DNA of 64,000 nucleotides from Acidimicrobiia bacterium (GTDB lineage: Bacteria; Actinomycetota; Acidimicrobiia; Actinomarinales; Actinomarinaceae). The notes beneath the pieces are model-generated. The model saw nothing but the letters and a program-made list of their open reading frames with translations, made no database searches and was not told the DNA's origin. Position numbers and translations under genes: made by a program. Below, in pieces: positions 55,662 to 64,000 of this stretch. The stretch is taken from the NCBI GenBank assembly GCA_028376655.1, contig JAONAZ010000001.1, forward strand, positions 40,784 to 104,783. Reading direction: 5' to 3'. Positions within the stretch are counted from its first letter, which is position 1. Each line of letters opens with the position of its first letter.

Positions 55662-57673
55662 GCAGTAATATTAGGAAATTAACATTCTTTTTGACTACTT
55701 TTTTGCTTCTACTCTTACCATGGTTTCTACAAAATAGCTCTGAAGAAATCGAACCTGTTCTAATAGATAAAAAAGGTACTGCTTTTTATCAAACAAACAC
55801 TTGCGAATTTACACTTTTTGATATTTTAAGTCAAAATTTTTTAAATGACGAAATAAATATCTTGCCTGATACTTATTCAAGCGTAAAGTGTAATTCTAAA
55901 ATTAATGGTGTAGATTACTTTGAATCAGATATAAAGGTTTACATTGGTACAAATGCAAATATTGATTTTCTTTTACAATCGCTCATATGGCTATTACTAA
56001 TAGCTTTGATCCCAAAATCAAATGTAAGAAAATTTAAATACAACAACATAATACCAATTGCTATTACGTCTATTTTATTCACACTTCATCTACTTGGTGA
56101 AAAGAATTTCTATACTTCATTTGCAAAAAGTTACAGTAGCAATATTTCCTTTGATAACTACTTTTTAACTTCATTAATAGCGGCATTAATTTTTATATTG
56201 ATTATTTTTGATGACCTATTAAAAGATAGGTTTTATAACTTAATTAATTATTTTCCTTTTATGTTTCTATTTATAGGTGCATATAATACCTTCAATCTAA
56301 ATTTCTATTTGATAATTCTGGTCTACATAGGATTAAGAATCTTTTTTGAAACTAAAGTAAATGTTAAACTTACTTTGCTTTACGCTTTATTGACAGTTTT
56401 CTGGTTAGTGAATAATGAAAATATATATTTATACTTTGATGTTGATAAATTAAAAGGGTTTGTAAGTAGTTCACAAAGTACTTACTCACAAATTTTTTGG
56501 ATTATTTCTTTTTACTTTGTTGTTCTTGCTTTGTATACAATACTTAATGAATCCAAAGATTTTGTTAATCTTAAAATGATAAGATACAACTTTCTTTTAG
56601 TTGGTGGACTTGTTTCTTTGTTTGGAATACTTTCTGCATTTTACCCCTTTATAAGATTTTTAACTTATTACAACCTAGGTCTAAATAAGCTTGGAATGGG
56701 AAACTTTACAGCGATAGAAGGTAATACTTGGAGAGGTATATCACATAGCGCTGAGGCCTTAGGGGAATACGCTGCATTTACAATCTTATTTGCTGTTTTA
56801 ATTTCATTTCATTATAAAATTAAAATTTCAAATTTTGAAATAGTGTTAATATTTTTAACTTTATTGAACTTATTTAGGTCTAATAATTTTGCAGCTGTAT
56901 CTTCAATGGTCATTTTTATTACTCTCTTCTTTATGAATCAGTTGATAAAGAGTAAATCCTTTAAAATCACACTGATTATATTTGTTATTTTTTCTTCATT
57001 AATTATTTATAGTAAGACAAGTGAATATAGCTATAAATTTGTTAGCAGTGTACTACTAAATGAAGCGGTGAATGCTTCTATAATCTCTGATACCTTACCT
57101 GGAAATGAGGATGGATTTACTGCAGCTGATTTTTCTAATTTTGAAATATTTTTACAAGAATCAAAAGAAGACAGTAGTCTTTCAAGTTCACTTTATTATG
57201 CCTTGGACCAATATACTAATGATGGAAATATCAAATATTTGCCAGATAGTGTAGCCATGGTTAGCCAAATTTCAGTCCCTATTAATCGATCTGAAAAATG
57301 GGGAATATTTATAGCTAAGTATGACCCTGATTTCTTTGAATTCATTTTTGGAAAAGGTCCGTTACAGTTGGCAGATTATTACTTAAGTCATGAAACAAAA
57401 TATAACGATGGCCTAGTTCTCCCACATTCCTCTTTGCTTGACCTATTAATATTCTTTGGGATATTTGGAGTTTTTAGTTTATTAATATATTCTACTTATT
57501 TAATTTACAGCAACAAAAAGAATGCGGTCTACAATTACTTGTTTTTGTTTTTATTGATAAATTACATGAAAAGTGACTCGATTCTTTATCTCTCAAGCTT
57601 CATTCTTTTATATTTTACAACTTATTTTTATAAGTTTTCCTTTGCCATAGAAGGAAATCTTTATAATGAATAA
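55658..57673 (+). CDS. large polytopic membrane protein (671 aa; O-antigen polymerase/ligase- or GT-C-like)
   Basis: More than 14 predicted TM helices with a ~120-aa hydrophilic loop. Followed by a co-directional GT gene with an 8-bp overlap. Confidence 0.5.
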   Translation: MSSNIRKLTFFLTTFLLLLLPWFLQNSSEEIEPVLIDKKGTAFYQTNTCEFTLFDILSQNFLNDEINILPDTYSSVKCNSKINGVDYFESDIKVYIGTNANIDFLLQSLIWLLLIALIPKSNVRKFKYNNIIPIAITSILFTLHLLGEKNFYTSFAKSYSSNISFDNYFLTSLIAALIFILIIFDDLLKDRFYNLINYFPFMFLFIGAYNTFNLNFYLIILVYIGLRIFFETKVNVKLTLLYALLTVFWLVNNENIYLYFDVDKLKGFVSSSQSTYSQIFWIISFYFVVLALYTILNESKDFVNLKMIRYNFLLVGGLVSLFGILSAFYPFIRFLTYYNLGLNKLGMGNFTAIEGNTWRGISHSAEALGEYAAFTILFAVLISFHYKIKISNFEIVLIFLTLLNLFRSNNFAAVSSMVIFITLFFMNQLIKSKSFKITLIIFVIFSSLIIYSKTSEYSYKFVSSVLLNEAVNASIISDTLPGNEDGFTAADFSNFEIFLQESKEDSSLSSSLYYALDQYTNDGNIKYLPDSVAMVSQISVPINRSEKWGIFIAKYDPDFFEFIFGKGPLQLADYYLSHETKYNDGLVLPHSSLLDLLIFFGIFGVFSLLIYSTYLIYSNKKNAVYNYLFLFLLINYMKSDSILYLSSFILLYFTTYFYKFSFAIEGNLYNE

Positions 57674-58820
57674 CATTACTTATGTTACCTATCAAACTTT
57701 TCCAGCAAATACTGCTAACTCTCTTCAAACAATTACTAACCTGAAATTTCTTGTTAAGAGGAAGCATAATGTAAGATTGATATTTCCAAACAGAAGCCTA
57801 GATAGTTCCAGTGATTTAAAGACCCTCCAGTCTCATTATCAGTTTTCAGAATTTTTTGAAATTAATATGTTAGGTCACAATCTTCCTTTTAGGGACTATA
57901 AAGGCAAAGCTTTATTCAAGAAAATTCGATTTCATCTGAGTCATTATTTATGGTCTAAAAAGGCATACAAATTTATTGAATCTAGTAATAGAGTGAATGA
58001 TATTTTTATCACAAGATCTGATTGGTTATTCTACTTTTTAGCTAAAAAAAATAAAAAGGTTATATTTGAATGCCACCAAGTCTCAAGATTACGAATATAC
58101 CTAATAAAAAAATGCCTCAAATTTGAAAAGATAAAGATTATATTTACTCATCCATTACTGTTAGAAGATTTTAAGATTGATGAAAATTATAATGAAAAAT
58201 GTGAGGTTATACACAATGCATATGATGAAGATTTTTTTGATAACAAGATAAAGAAAAAAGGCTCCAATACTGTTATCTTTGTTGGGAATTTGTTGAGATT
58301 TGGAAAAACTAGAAGTATTGAGTTCTTTATTGATGCGTTTAATGACTCAAGATTAAGTACTTTTAATCTTAAAGTAATTGGAGGGCCCTCTTCAAAAAGT
58401 AACAAATACAAAGAATTAGTTAAAAAAAAGAATATAAAAAATATAAAATTTTTGGGGCATTTGCCAAGAAGTGAGACACTATTTGAAATGCAACAGGCAA
58501 AAATTGGTTTATTGATAAATTCAAGCGAAAGTAAGCATTCATTAAGACACACTTCTCCATTAAAATACTTTGAATACCTGAGGGCAAAGTTACAAATAGT
58601 TGCTGTAGATTTTCCATCACATAGAGAACTTCCTTTTAATGAAAATATAATATTTTTTGATGAAGATAATAAAGAAATGTTTATACAAAAATTATATGAA
58701 CTTAAAGATATTGAACCATTTGAAAATACAGAATACGAAGAATTTTCCTATTCCTCAAGGATTAAAAAAATCGAAAAAATAATAGCACGCCTGGAGGGAC
58801 TCGAACCCCCAACCCTCTGA
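57666..58820 (+). CDS. GT-B fold glycosyltransferase (GT4-like); the 3' end overlaps the antisense tRNA-Arg
   Basis: VIFVGNLLRFGKTRSIEFFIDAF...LKVIGGP...FEYLRAKLQIVAV is a GT4-like C-terminal region. The last 11 codons (ARLEGLEPPTL) are encoded antisense to the tRNA. Confidence 0.45.
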   Translation: MNNITYVTYQTFPANTANSLQTITNLKFLVKRKHNVRLIFPNRSLDSSSDLKTLQSHYQFSEFFEINMLGHNLPFRDYKGKALFKKIRFHLSHYLWSKKAYKFIESSNRVNDIFITRSDWLFYFLAKKNKKVIFECHQVSRLRIYLIKKCLKFEKIKIIFTHPLLLEDFKIDENYNEKCEVIHNAYDEDFFDNKIKKKGSNTVIFVGNLLRFGKTRSIEFFIDAFNDSRLSTFNLKVIGGPSSKSNKYKELVKKKNIKNIKFLGHLPRSETLFEMQQAKIGLLINSSESKHSLRHTSPLKYFEYLRAKLQIVAVDFPSHRELPFNENIIFFDEDNKEMFIQKLYELKDIEPFENTEYEEFSYSSRIKKIEKIIARLEGLEPPTL

Positions 58821-58860
58821 TCCGAAGTCAGATGCTCTATCCAGTTGAGCCACAGGCGCA
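58787..58860 (-). tRNA. tRNA-Arg (anticodon TCG), no encoded CCA
   Basis: Reverse complement GCGCCTGTGGCTCAACTGGATAGAGCATCTGACTTCGGATCAGAGGGTTGGGGGTTCGAGTCCCTCCAGGCGTG. Anticodon loop CTTCGGA. Acceptor has G1·U72. Confidence 0.75.
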
Positions 58861-58894
58861 AAATTTACTATTGACCGTATAATAAACTAGATAA

Positions 58895-59650
58895 ATGAAA
58901 AAAGTAAAAATTCTTAAAACAAATATAAGTCAAGTAAGTTTGTCGAAAGCTGCAGAAATATTGACATCGAGTAAGAACACTACTGTAGCAGTTTGTAATG
59001 CAAATTCACTTGTTAGATCTTATAGGAGTAGTGAGCTAAATAAGATTTTGAATTCCTTTAATTTGAATCTTCCTGATGGTTTTTCTGTAGCTAAGGCATC
59101 TTCAATATTGTATAGCAATGATCAAAAACGTGTAGATGGTTTTAAGATATTTAAAGAGACGATAAAAAAAGGACTGGAAAATAATACGAGTCATTATTTT
59201 TTTGGAAATAGTGAGGATGTAATCAGTAAATTAATTTTGGTCCTAAAAAGTGAATATCCTGATATTAATATTGCTGGGTATAACTGTCCTCCAATGAGTT
59301 CAGCAGAAACACTCTCATCAATTAGCTACCAGGAGTTAATTTCACAATTAAACCCAGATATAGTGTGGGTGTCTTTGGGGTTTCCAAAACAAGAGTATGT
59401 TGTTAATGAACTTTCCAATTCAGAAAAGGTTACTTCTAACTTAGTTGGTATTGGTTTTGCGATTGAATGGGTAGCTGGAACTAAGGTAAAGGCTCCAGAA
59501 TTTTTAGCAAATATAGGAGTGGAGTGGATATTCAGATTAATTCAAGAACCTAAACGTTTGTATAAAAGATATCTAATAGATAATACTCTATTCGTAATCT
59601 ATTTCTTAAAACAAATATTAACAAATGATAAGAAGGTTACATCCGAATGA
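58895..59650 (+). CDS. WecB/TagA/CpsF-family glycosyltransferase (GT26)
   Basis: 251 aa. LNLPDGFSVAKASSIL resembles the conserved PDG(M/I)G...WA segment of TagA/WecG, and the length fits the family. Confidence 0.55.
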   Translation: MKKVKILKTNISQVSLSKAAEILTSSKNTTVAVCNANSLVRSYRSSELNKILNSFNLNLPDGFSVAKASSILYSNDQKRVDGFKIFKETIKKGLENNTSHYFFGNSEDVISKLILVLKSEYPDINIAGYNCPPMSSAETLSSISYQELISQLNPDIVWVSLGFPKQEYVVNELSNSEKVTSNLVGIGFAIEWVAGTKVKAPEFLANIGVEWIFRLIQEPKRLYKRYLIDNTLFVIYFLKQILTNDKKVTSE

Positions 59651-61290
59651 AACTATATAAAGATTTATTGTCAGAAATAGCTAATCTGCTTGAAGACTAT
59701 TCAATTAGCGAAGTGGTTGAGCTCCGAATCTCAAAAATTGAAAATTATGATTATCAGATTAACTTATTTATTCGATATAGAAATGATGAAAACATAATAG
59801 AAATACTTCAAAAAGTAGGAGAAATCTTAGAGAGATCTTCATTAGTAGAAACTTATGAAATAGCTTCAAGTTTGTTTATAAATATTAAAATAAATTCACA
59901 AAAATTACTACCCGTCTTAGCAAACGTTGAAGAAAATGTAAGGATTAAAGATACTGAGAAAATTATTATTGACTATGGAGGCCCGAATATTGGTAAACCA
60001 CTTCATGTTGGCCACCTAAGACCGCTAAATATCGGTCGGAGTATCTATTCAATTAACCAAGTTGTCGGGAACCAGATATATAGTGATATACATCTTGGGG
60101 ACTGGGGAATGCCAGTTGCTCAGATAATAACTTATTGTATAGGTGAGAATATAGATATTAAAAAACTGTCAATAAGCATGCTGGAAGAAATTTATCCAAA
60201 AGCATCGAAAAAATATAGTATCGAAAAAGAATTTAAGCTAACTGCACAAAAGATCAATAAACAGCTCACAACCGGCCAAAGTGAAATTAATTTGAACTGG
60301 GAGACTATCAGTAAATTGACCTTAGTAGCACTTAAGGAAACTCTAAATAAACTTGGGCATGATTTTGATTACTGGTGGGGTGAAAGTACTGTAAATGAAA
60401 TTATACCTGAAATGATAGAAAGTTTATTAATTAATAATAAGCTTGAAAAAGATGGTGATGCATTAATAAGTTCTCAAATTACCGATCCAAGAATTCTTAT
60501 TACTAAATCTGATGGGTCTTACTTGTATATCACAACAGACCTCGCCACTGTTATTTTTCGAAATAAAAAAATTCCTCACGAAAAAGTTTTTTACGTTACT
60601 GACAATAGGCAAAAACTCCATTTTGAACAACTATTCAAATCAATAGAATATTTTGAATTTCCAAAAAAAGATTATGAACATATTGGCTTTGGTACAATAA
60701 ATGATTCTAAAGGCAATCCTCTGAAAACAAGAGATGGCGGTAACTTAAAATTATCTGATTTATATGACCAAGCCTATAGTTATATTCAGAAAATAAATAG
60801 TACTCTCTCAAAAGAAGGTGTTGACTGTTTAACGAACACTGTGCTTACTTTTAGTGACTTGATAACAAATAGGAAAACTGATTATAAGTTTGATTTGGAA
60901 AAGTTTACTAACATTACCGGAAAAACTGGAATATATGTTCAATATGCTCAGGTTAGAGCAAATAGATTGATTGAGGCCGTATCACAAAAAACTTCCTCAA
61001 GAAATCAATTTAATGTACCTTTAAGTGATCTGGAAAGAACCCTTATAATGCAAATGGCAAATATTGAATTTTACCTTGATCTCAGTCTAAAAAATAGTGA
61101 GCCACATCATTTGGCAAATTATTTATACGAACTTAGTAATCAATTTAATGCTTTATATCAGGACTCTAATATCAAGAATATTAAGGATATTAATGAGAAA
61201 AATCAAAAAATTTATATTGTTGTACTTTTTGTTAAATATTCTCATCTGGTAATGAGGTGCTTAGGTATAAAACCTGTAGATAAAATGTAA
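59647..61290 (+). CDS. argS: arginine--tRNA ligase
   Basis: HIGH-class motif IDYGGPNIGKPLHVGHLRP, the central catalytic domain, and the C-terminal DALR/anticodon-binding signature YVQYAQVRANRLI. Confidence 0.85.
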   Translation: MKLYKDLLSEIANLLEDYSISEVVELRISKIENYDYQINLFIRYRNDENIIEILQKVGEILERSSLVETYEIASSLFINIKINSQKLLPVLANVEENVRIKDTEKIIIDYGGPNIGKPLHVGHLRPLNIGRSIYSINQVVGNQIYSDIHLGDWGMPVAQIITYCIGENIDIKKLSISMLEEIYPKASKKYSIEKEFKLTAQKINKQLTTGQSEINLNWETISKLTLVALKETLNKLGHDFDYWWGESTVNEIIPEMIESLLINNKLEKDGDALISSQITDPRILITKSDGSYLYITTDLATVIFRNKKIPHEKVFYVTDNRQKLHFEQLFKSIEYFEFPKKDYEHIGFGTINDSKGNPLKTRDGGNLKLSDLYDQAYSYIQKINSTLSKEGVDCLTNTVLTFSDLITNRKTDYKFDLEKFTNITGKTGIYVQYAQVRANRLIEAVSQKTSSRNQFNVPLSDLERTLIMQMANIEFYLDLSLKNSEPHHLANYLYELSNQFNALYQDSNIKNIKDINEKNQKIYIVVLFVKYSHLVMRCLGIKPVDKM

Positions 61291-61291
61291 T

Positions 61292-61834
61292 CTAAAGAAA
61301 AATTTGAGAAGACATAATCCACAAAATTAGCGTAATACTGTAAGAAAATTTATCCAATAAAAATAAATTCTCTCTTAAATTGTGTTGGGTAAATAAAACC
61401 AAGGGTATTGCAATAAAGCCAGAAAAAGAAACTGCTCTAGTTATTGACTTCAAATCAGATAAGATTTGTGTTTCAGCGCTAAAAAGTATCTGAAAAAGAA
61501 TTAAAGATAGTAGTGAAAAAACTATTACATATAGTATATTTGAAACTAAATCTCGAAAATTTGAATTGTAAAGCTTAAATATATTTATAAACTCAATGGG
61601 TATAAATAAAATAAAAATTGCAAAACACAGAAGTATGAGAAACCAAAACAACCCCTGTCCATTCCAAGCTATCACTTTTGTATCAACAATGCCTGTAGAT
61701 TCTAAAAGTAGATAAAAAGCGTAGCCACCTACTAAAGATCCAAGTGAAAAGATATAGAGACCTAGAATAGAGTAAAAATTTTTGGATTCGAAACCCAGAT
61801 TCAGGTTACTAATTGTTTGTCTTTGGTAATTCAT
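61292..61834 (-). CDS. hypothetical membrane protein (4-5 TM helices)
   Basis: 180-aa hydrophobic ORF. Confidence 0.4.
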   Translation of the reverse strand: MNYQRQTISNLNLGFESKNFYSILGLYIFSLGSLVGGYAFYLLLESTGIVDTKVIAWNGQGLFWFLILLCFAIFILFIPIEFINIFKLYNSNFRDLVSNILYVIVFSLLSLILFQILFSAETQILSDLKSITRAVSFSGFIAIPLVLFTQHNLRENLFLLDKFSYSITLILWIMSSQIFL

Positions 61835-61855
61835 AAGTCATATATTAATATTTAA

Positions 61856-62119
61856 ATGATTAAACTAACCATATATATGGAATTAATTACTACTCCTAAC
61901 CCAAATGCAAAAAAAATTGAGATTAACCATGCTCTTACCATTGGTAACGTTATAACTTCAGCAGAAGATACAGACAACGAAACGTGTCTTTTACTTTTAA
62001 ATATACAAGGAATTACAAGTATTTTTGTGGGTCCAGGTTTCTTAACAATATCAAAAAAAGATGAAGCTGAATGGGAATCTATAAACAGTGATATTGTCAA
62101 CAAATTTGATAAACTATAA
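61856..62119 (+). CDS. Nfu/NifU N-terminal-domain (Fe-S scaffold-like) protein
   Basis: ELITTPNPNAKKIEIN...GITSIFVGPGFLTISKKDEAEWESI matches the Nfu_N consensus (TPNPNALKF...GV..VFFG.DFITVTK....W). This is preferred over the overlapping antisense ORF 61852..62103. Confidence 0.5.
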   Translation: MIKLTIYMELITTPNPNAKKIEINHALTIGNVITSAEDTDNETCLLLLNIQGITSIFVGPGFLTISKKDEAEWESINSDIVNKFDKL

Positions 62120-62121
62120 TT

Positions 62122-62733
62122 ATGGAAAACTTTAATCCAGACCCAAAGCCAGGAAGATTAATACTTCCTCTAGTTCTGATTGGCATGATTGCGACAACAT
62201 ATACTTTTATAAATCGTGTTACGACAAATAATAACCTTGAAGTTATAAATATTGAAAATAATACTGAAGAGGTTGTATCTCAAGAGGTTGTAGAAGATAC
62301 TACTACTACCTCAACCACAACTACGTTGCCAGAGAGTGTCGTTAAATACCTTGAAGAAATACAAGCTGAAAAAATTCAATCAAATGAACTTGGTAAAAAA
62401 GTTTTAGAAACTAATCAAAGATGGGATGACAAAGATACTACATATCAAGAAGCTCAGCAAGAATTTGATGCATTCATAGATGATGCTAAGCAGTTTGTAG
62501 CAACAGTCACAGATCCAGGTCCTCCATCTTCAAATGCAAGCTTGATTTCTAGTCATGAAGAACTAAAAATATTAGTTAACTTAATTTATGAAGATTCAAA
62601 AGAACTTTTAGAAGGTTTAACCGCTCCGGATACTGGAGAAAGGCGCTCAAGCGCTCTGAGCTCTTTTAATAGTAACTTAGGATCTTTTCAGCAAAAAATT
62701 GAAGAGATTATAGCTTCTACAACTTCTAGCTAG
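62122..62733 (+). CDS. hypothetical membrane-anchored protein with an acidic/Thr-rich linker
   Basis: 203 aa with an N-terminal TM helix, then a TTTSTTTT stretch and a helical C-terminal region. Confidence 0.4.
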   Translation: MENFNPDPKPGRLILPLVLIGMIATTYTFINRVTTNNNLEVINIENNTEEVVSQEVVEDTTTTSTTTTLPESVVKYLEEIQAEKIQSNELGKKVLETNQRWDDKDTTYQEAQQEFDAFIDDAKQFVATVTDPGPPSSNASLISSHEELKILVNLIYEDSKELLEGLTAPDTGERRSSALSSFNSNLGSFQQKIEEIIASTTSS

Positions 62734-63754
62734 TAGCTGCTGAACAAACAGTATCAATCATTAACATCGCAATTACATATGGGTCTGCATTAGCGTTTGG
62801 TCTTCTATCTTCTAAATAACCTTTTTTGTCAACTTCTACTTGCCATGGAATTCTTACTGAGGCACCTCTGTCGCTAACACCGTATGAAAATGTATCAAAC
62901 TTTTGTGTTTCATGTGCGCCAGTAAGCCTATCCTCAATAGCAGCACCATAATTCTGTACATGGAGTTCAGCATTTTTACCAAGAGCTTCGCAACCAGCAA
63001 CTACAGCATCATACCCACCATCTTCTCTCATTTCTTTAGTTGAGAAGTTGGTATGCATACCTGCACCATTCCAATCACCTTTGACGGGTTTAGGATCTAA
63101 TGTTGCAGATATATTGTAATCCTCAGCAATTCTGTAAAGTAACCATCTAGCTACCCAAATTTGATCACCAATTGCTGGTGAGCCAACAGGTCCTATTTGG
63201 AACTCCCACTGACCTGGCATGACCTCTGCATTTGTTCCAGATATTTCTAAACCAGCTTCCATACAAGCAGTGGCATGCTCTTCAGCTATATCTCTACCAT
63301 AAACTTCATCTGCTCCAACACCACAGTAATAGCCCCCCTGAGGAGCTGGATAACCTGATGGTGGAAAACCTAATGGCTGACCATACTTTAAGGAATCATA
63401 GGATTGTTCATAAAATGTATATTCTTGCTCTAAACCAAACATTGGTTCTAATTCTGAAAAATTTTCTGAAGCCTCTACACACGCTGCACGTGTATTGGAT
63501 GCGTGTGGAGTCATATCTACATTTAATACTTCACACATAACTAATATATTTTCTCCACCACGCAGCGAATCTTTAAAAGTTGCAACTGGCCTTAAAACAC
63601 AATCCGATTGATCACCTGTTGCCTGTTGTGTACTTGAACCATCGAAACCCCATAGAGGTGGTTCTGTACCCTGTTCCATAATTTTTGTTTTACTCCTTAA
63701 TTTTCCAGTAGGAGTTTGTCCGTCTATCCATATATATTCTGCTTTTATTTTCAT
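62726..63754 (-). CDS. glnII: glutamine synthetase, type II (eukaryote-like GSII)
   Basis: MKIKAEYIWIDGQTPTGKLRSKTK..., GPYYCGVGADEVYGRDI, MPGQWEFQIGP, HTNFSTKEMRE and SVRIPW are GSII-family motifs. Length 342 aa. Confidence 0.85.
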   Translation of the reverse strand: MKIKAEYIWIDGQTPTGKLRSKTKIMEQGTEPPLWGFDGSSTQQATGDQSDCVLRPVATFKDSLRGGENILVMCEVLNVDMTPHASNTRAACVEASENFSELEPMFGLEQEYTFYEQSYDSLKYGQPLGFPPSGYPAPQGGYYCGVGADEVYGRDIAEEHATACMEAGLEISGTNAEVMPGQWEFQIGPVGSPAIGDQIWVARWLLYRIAEDYNISATLDPKPVKGDWNGAGMHTNFSTKEMREDGGYDAVVAGCEALGKNAELHVQNYGAAIEDRLTGAHETQKFDTFSYGVSDRGASVRIPWQVEVDKKGYLEDRRPNANADPYVIAMLMIDTVCSAATS

Positions 63755-63821
63755 ATTTATTAATGTAGTATTTATTTTAATTATTGGTATATTTCAAATA
63801 TTAAATAATTGTTTCAAGAAA

Positions 63822-64000
63822 ATGATAAATGCTTACATTAACTTAGATAAAGAACATGCAAATTTTTTGCAGATGTTTAAAGACGTCGGGATCAAGAAAC
63901 TCACTATTAAAAATATTGAAAATCAGAGCCAAATTGATATTGCCTTAACTTCATTAAGTAAGTATGGAGACACAAAGAAAAGCCTATCGGATATTGAATC
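63822..64000 (+). CDS. partial ORF (N-terminal 59 codons), hypothetical
   Basis: ATG at 63822, open to the window end. Too short to assign. Confidence 0.25.
   Translation, partial: MINAYINLDKEHANFLQMFKDVGIKKLTIKNIENQSQIDIALTSLSKYGDTKKSLSDIE

Noticed and set aside
61852-62103. Minus-strand 83-aa ORF overlapping the Nfu-like gene
   Set aside because: The plus-strand reading (61856..62119) carries a recognisable Nfu_N domain signature. The antisense ORF has none.
4112-63540. Many 60-130-aa track ORFs nested antisense or out of frame inside larger, well-supported genes (e.g. 4112..4381, 5069..5284, 5334..5561, 6611..6865, 7962..8180, 10201..10449, 11055..11597, 12588..12779, 16252..16833, 17368..17598, 18838..19227, 24641..24845, 31827..32039, 32943..33125, 37499..37720, 39318..39622, 46594..46872, 47732..47932, 48183..48579, 50953..51174, 53138..54004, 54432..54668, 58187..58620, 63232..63540)
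   Set aside because: In AT-rich DNA long spurious ORFs are common. Each is fully overlapped by a longer ORF with recognisable family motifs on the other strand or frame.
1-64000. rRNA genes, CRISPR arrays, or intact transposases/IS elements
   Set aside because: No sequence resembling conserved 16S/23S/5S regions, no spacer-interrupted repeats, and no transposase-like ORF were found. The only recombinase is the truncated tyrosine integrase.

Overview
The window is a very AT-rich bacterial sequence (roughly 30% G+C by eye, not computed). All four tRNA genes have bacterial-type structure. Most of it (about 1..47,360 and 52,560..59,650) is a large, strand-switching cell-surface glycan locus. It holds more than 12 glycosyltransferases (GT2, GT4, GT8, GT26, GT61-like, GT47-like, GT-A), six large polytopic membrane proteins (Wzy/GT-C-like), two OafA-type acyltransferase-3/SGNH O-acetyltransferases, methyltransferases and a YdjC deacetylase. 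It also encodes GDP-fucose synthesis (gmd/fcl), a CDP-hexose pathway (rfbF plus dehydratase, reductase and epimerase), an initiating polyprenyl-phosphate sugar-phosphotransferase and a fused ABC exporter. The most notable element is a minus-strand operon at 38085->32222. It encodes a PEP phosphomutase with an N-terminal HxGH cytidylyltransferase domain (AepX-like), phosphonopyruvate decarboxylase, an iron-containing alcohol dehydrogenase, a LicD-family transferase and the ABC exporter. This is a complete route to a hydroxyethyl-phosphonate-type head group, presumably attached to the surface glycan. The glycan locus is interrupted at a tRNA-Asp/tRNA-Phe pair by two tandem integrated segments. 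Each is bounded by a perfect 43-44 bp copy of the tRNA-Phe 3' half (three copies in total). They carry a truncated tyrosine integrase, a mucin-like poly-Thr/FN3 surface protein, a DsrE-like protein and an MFS transporter. Other mutable sequence features are a C7 homopolymer that splits one glycan-locus gene into two ORFs, and a 12-bp x4 tandem repeat at the start codon of an 830-aa acyltransferase. Housekeeping genes (argS, an Nfu-N domain protein, type II glutamine synthetase) and tRNA-Lys/tRNA-Arg lie at the 3' side. No rRNA or CRISPR is present. The organism is not identified; the content resembles hypervariable glycosylation islands of AT-rich marine oligotrophs (SAR11- or Prochlorococcus-like), but that is inference only.
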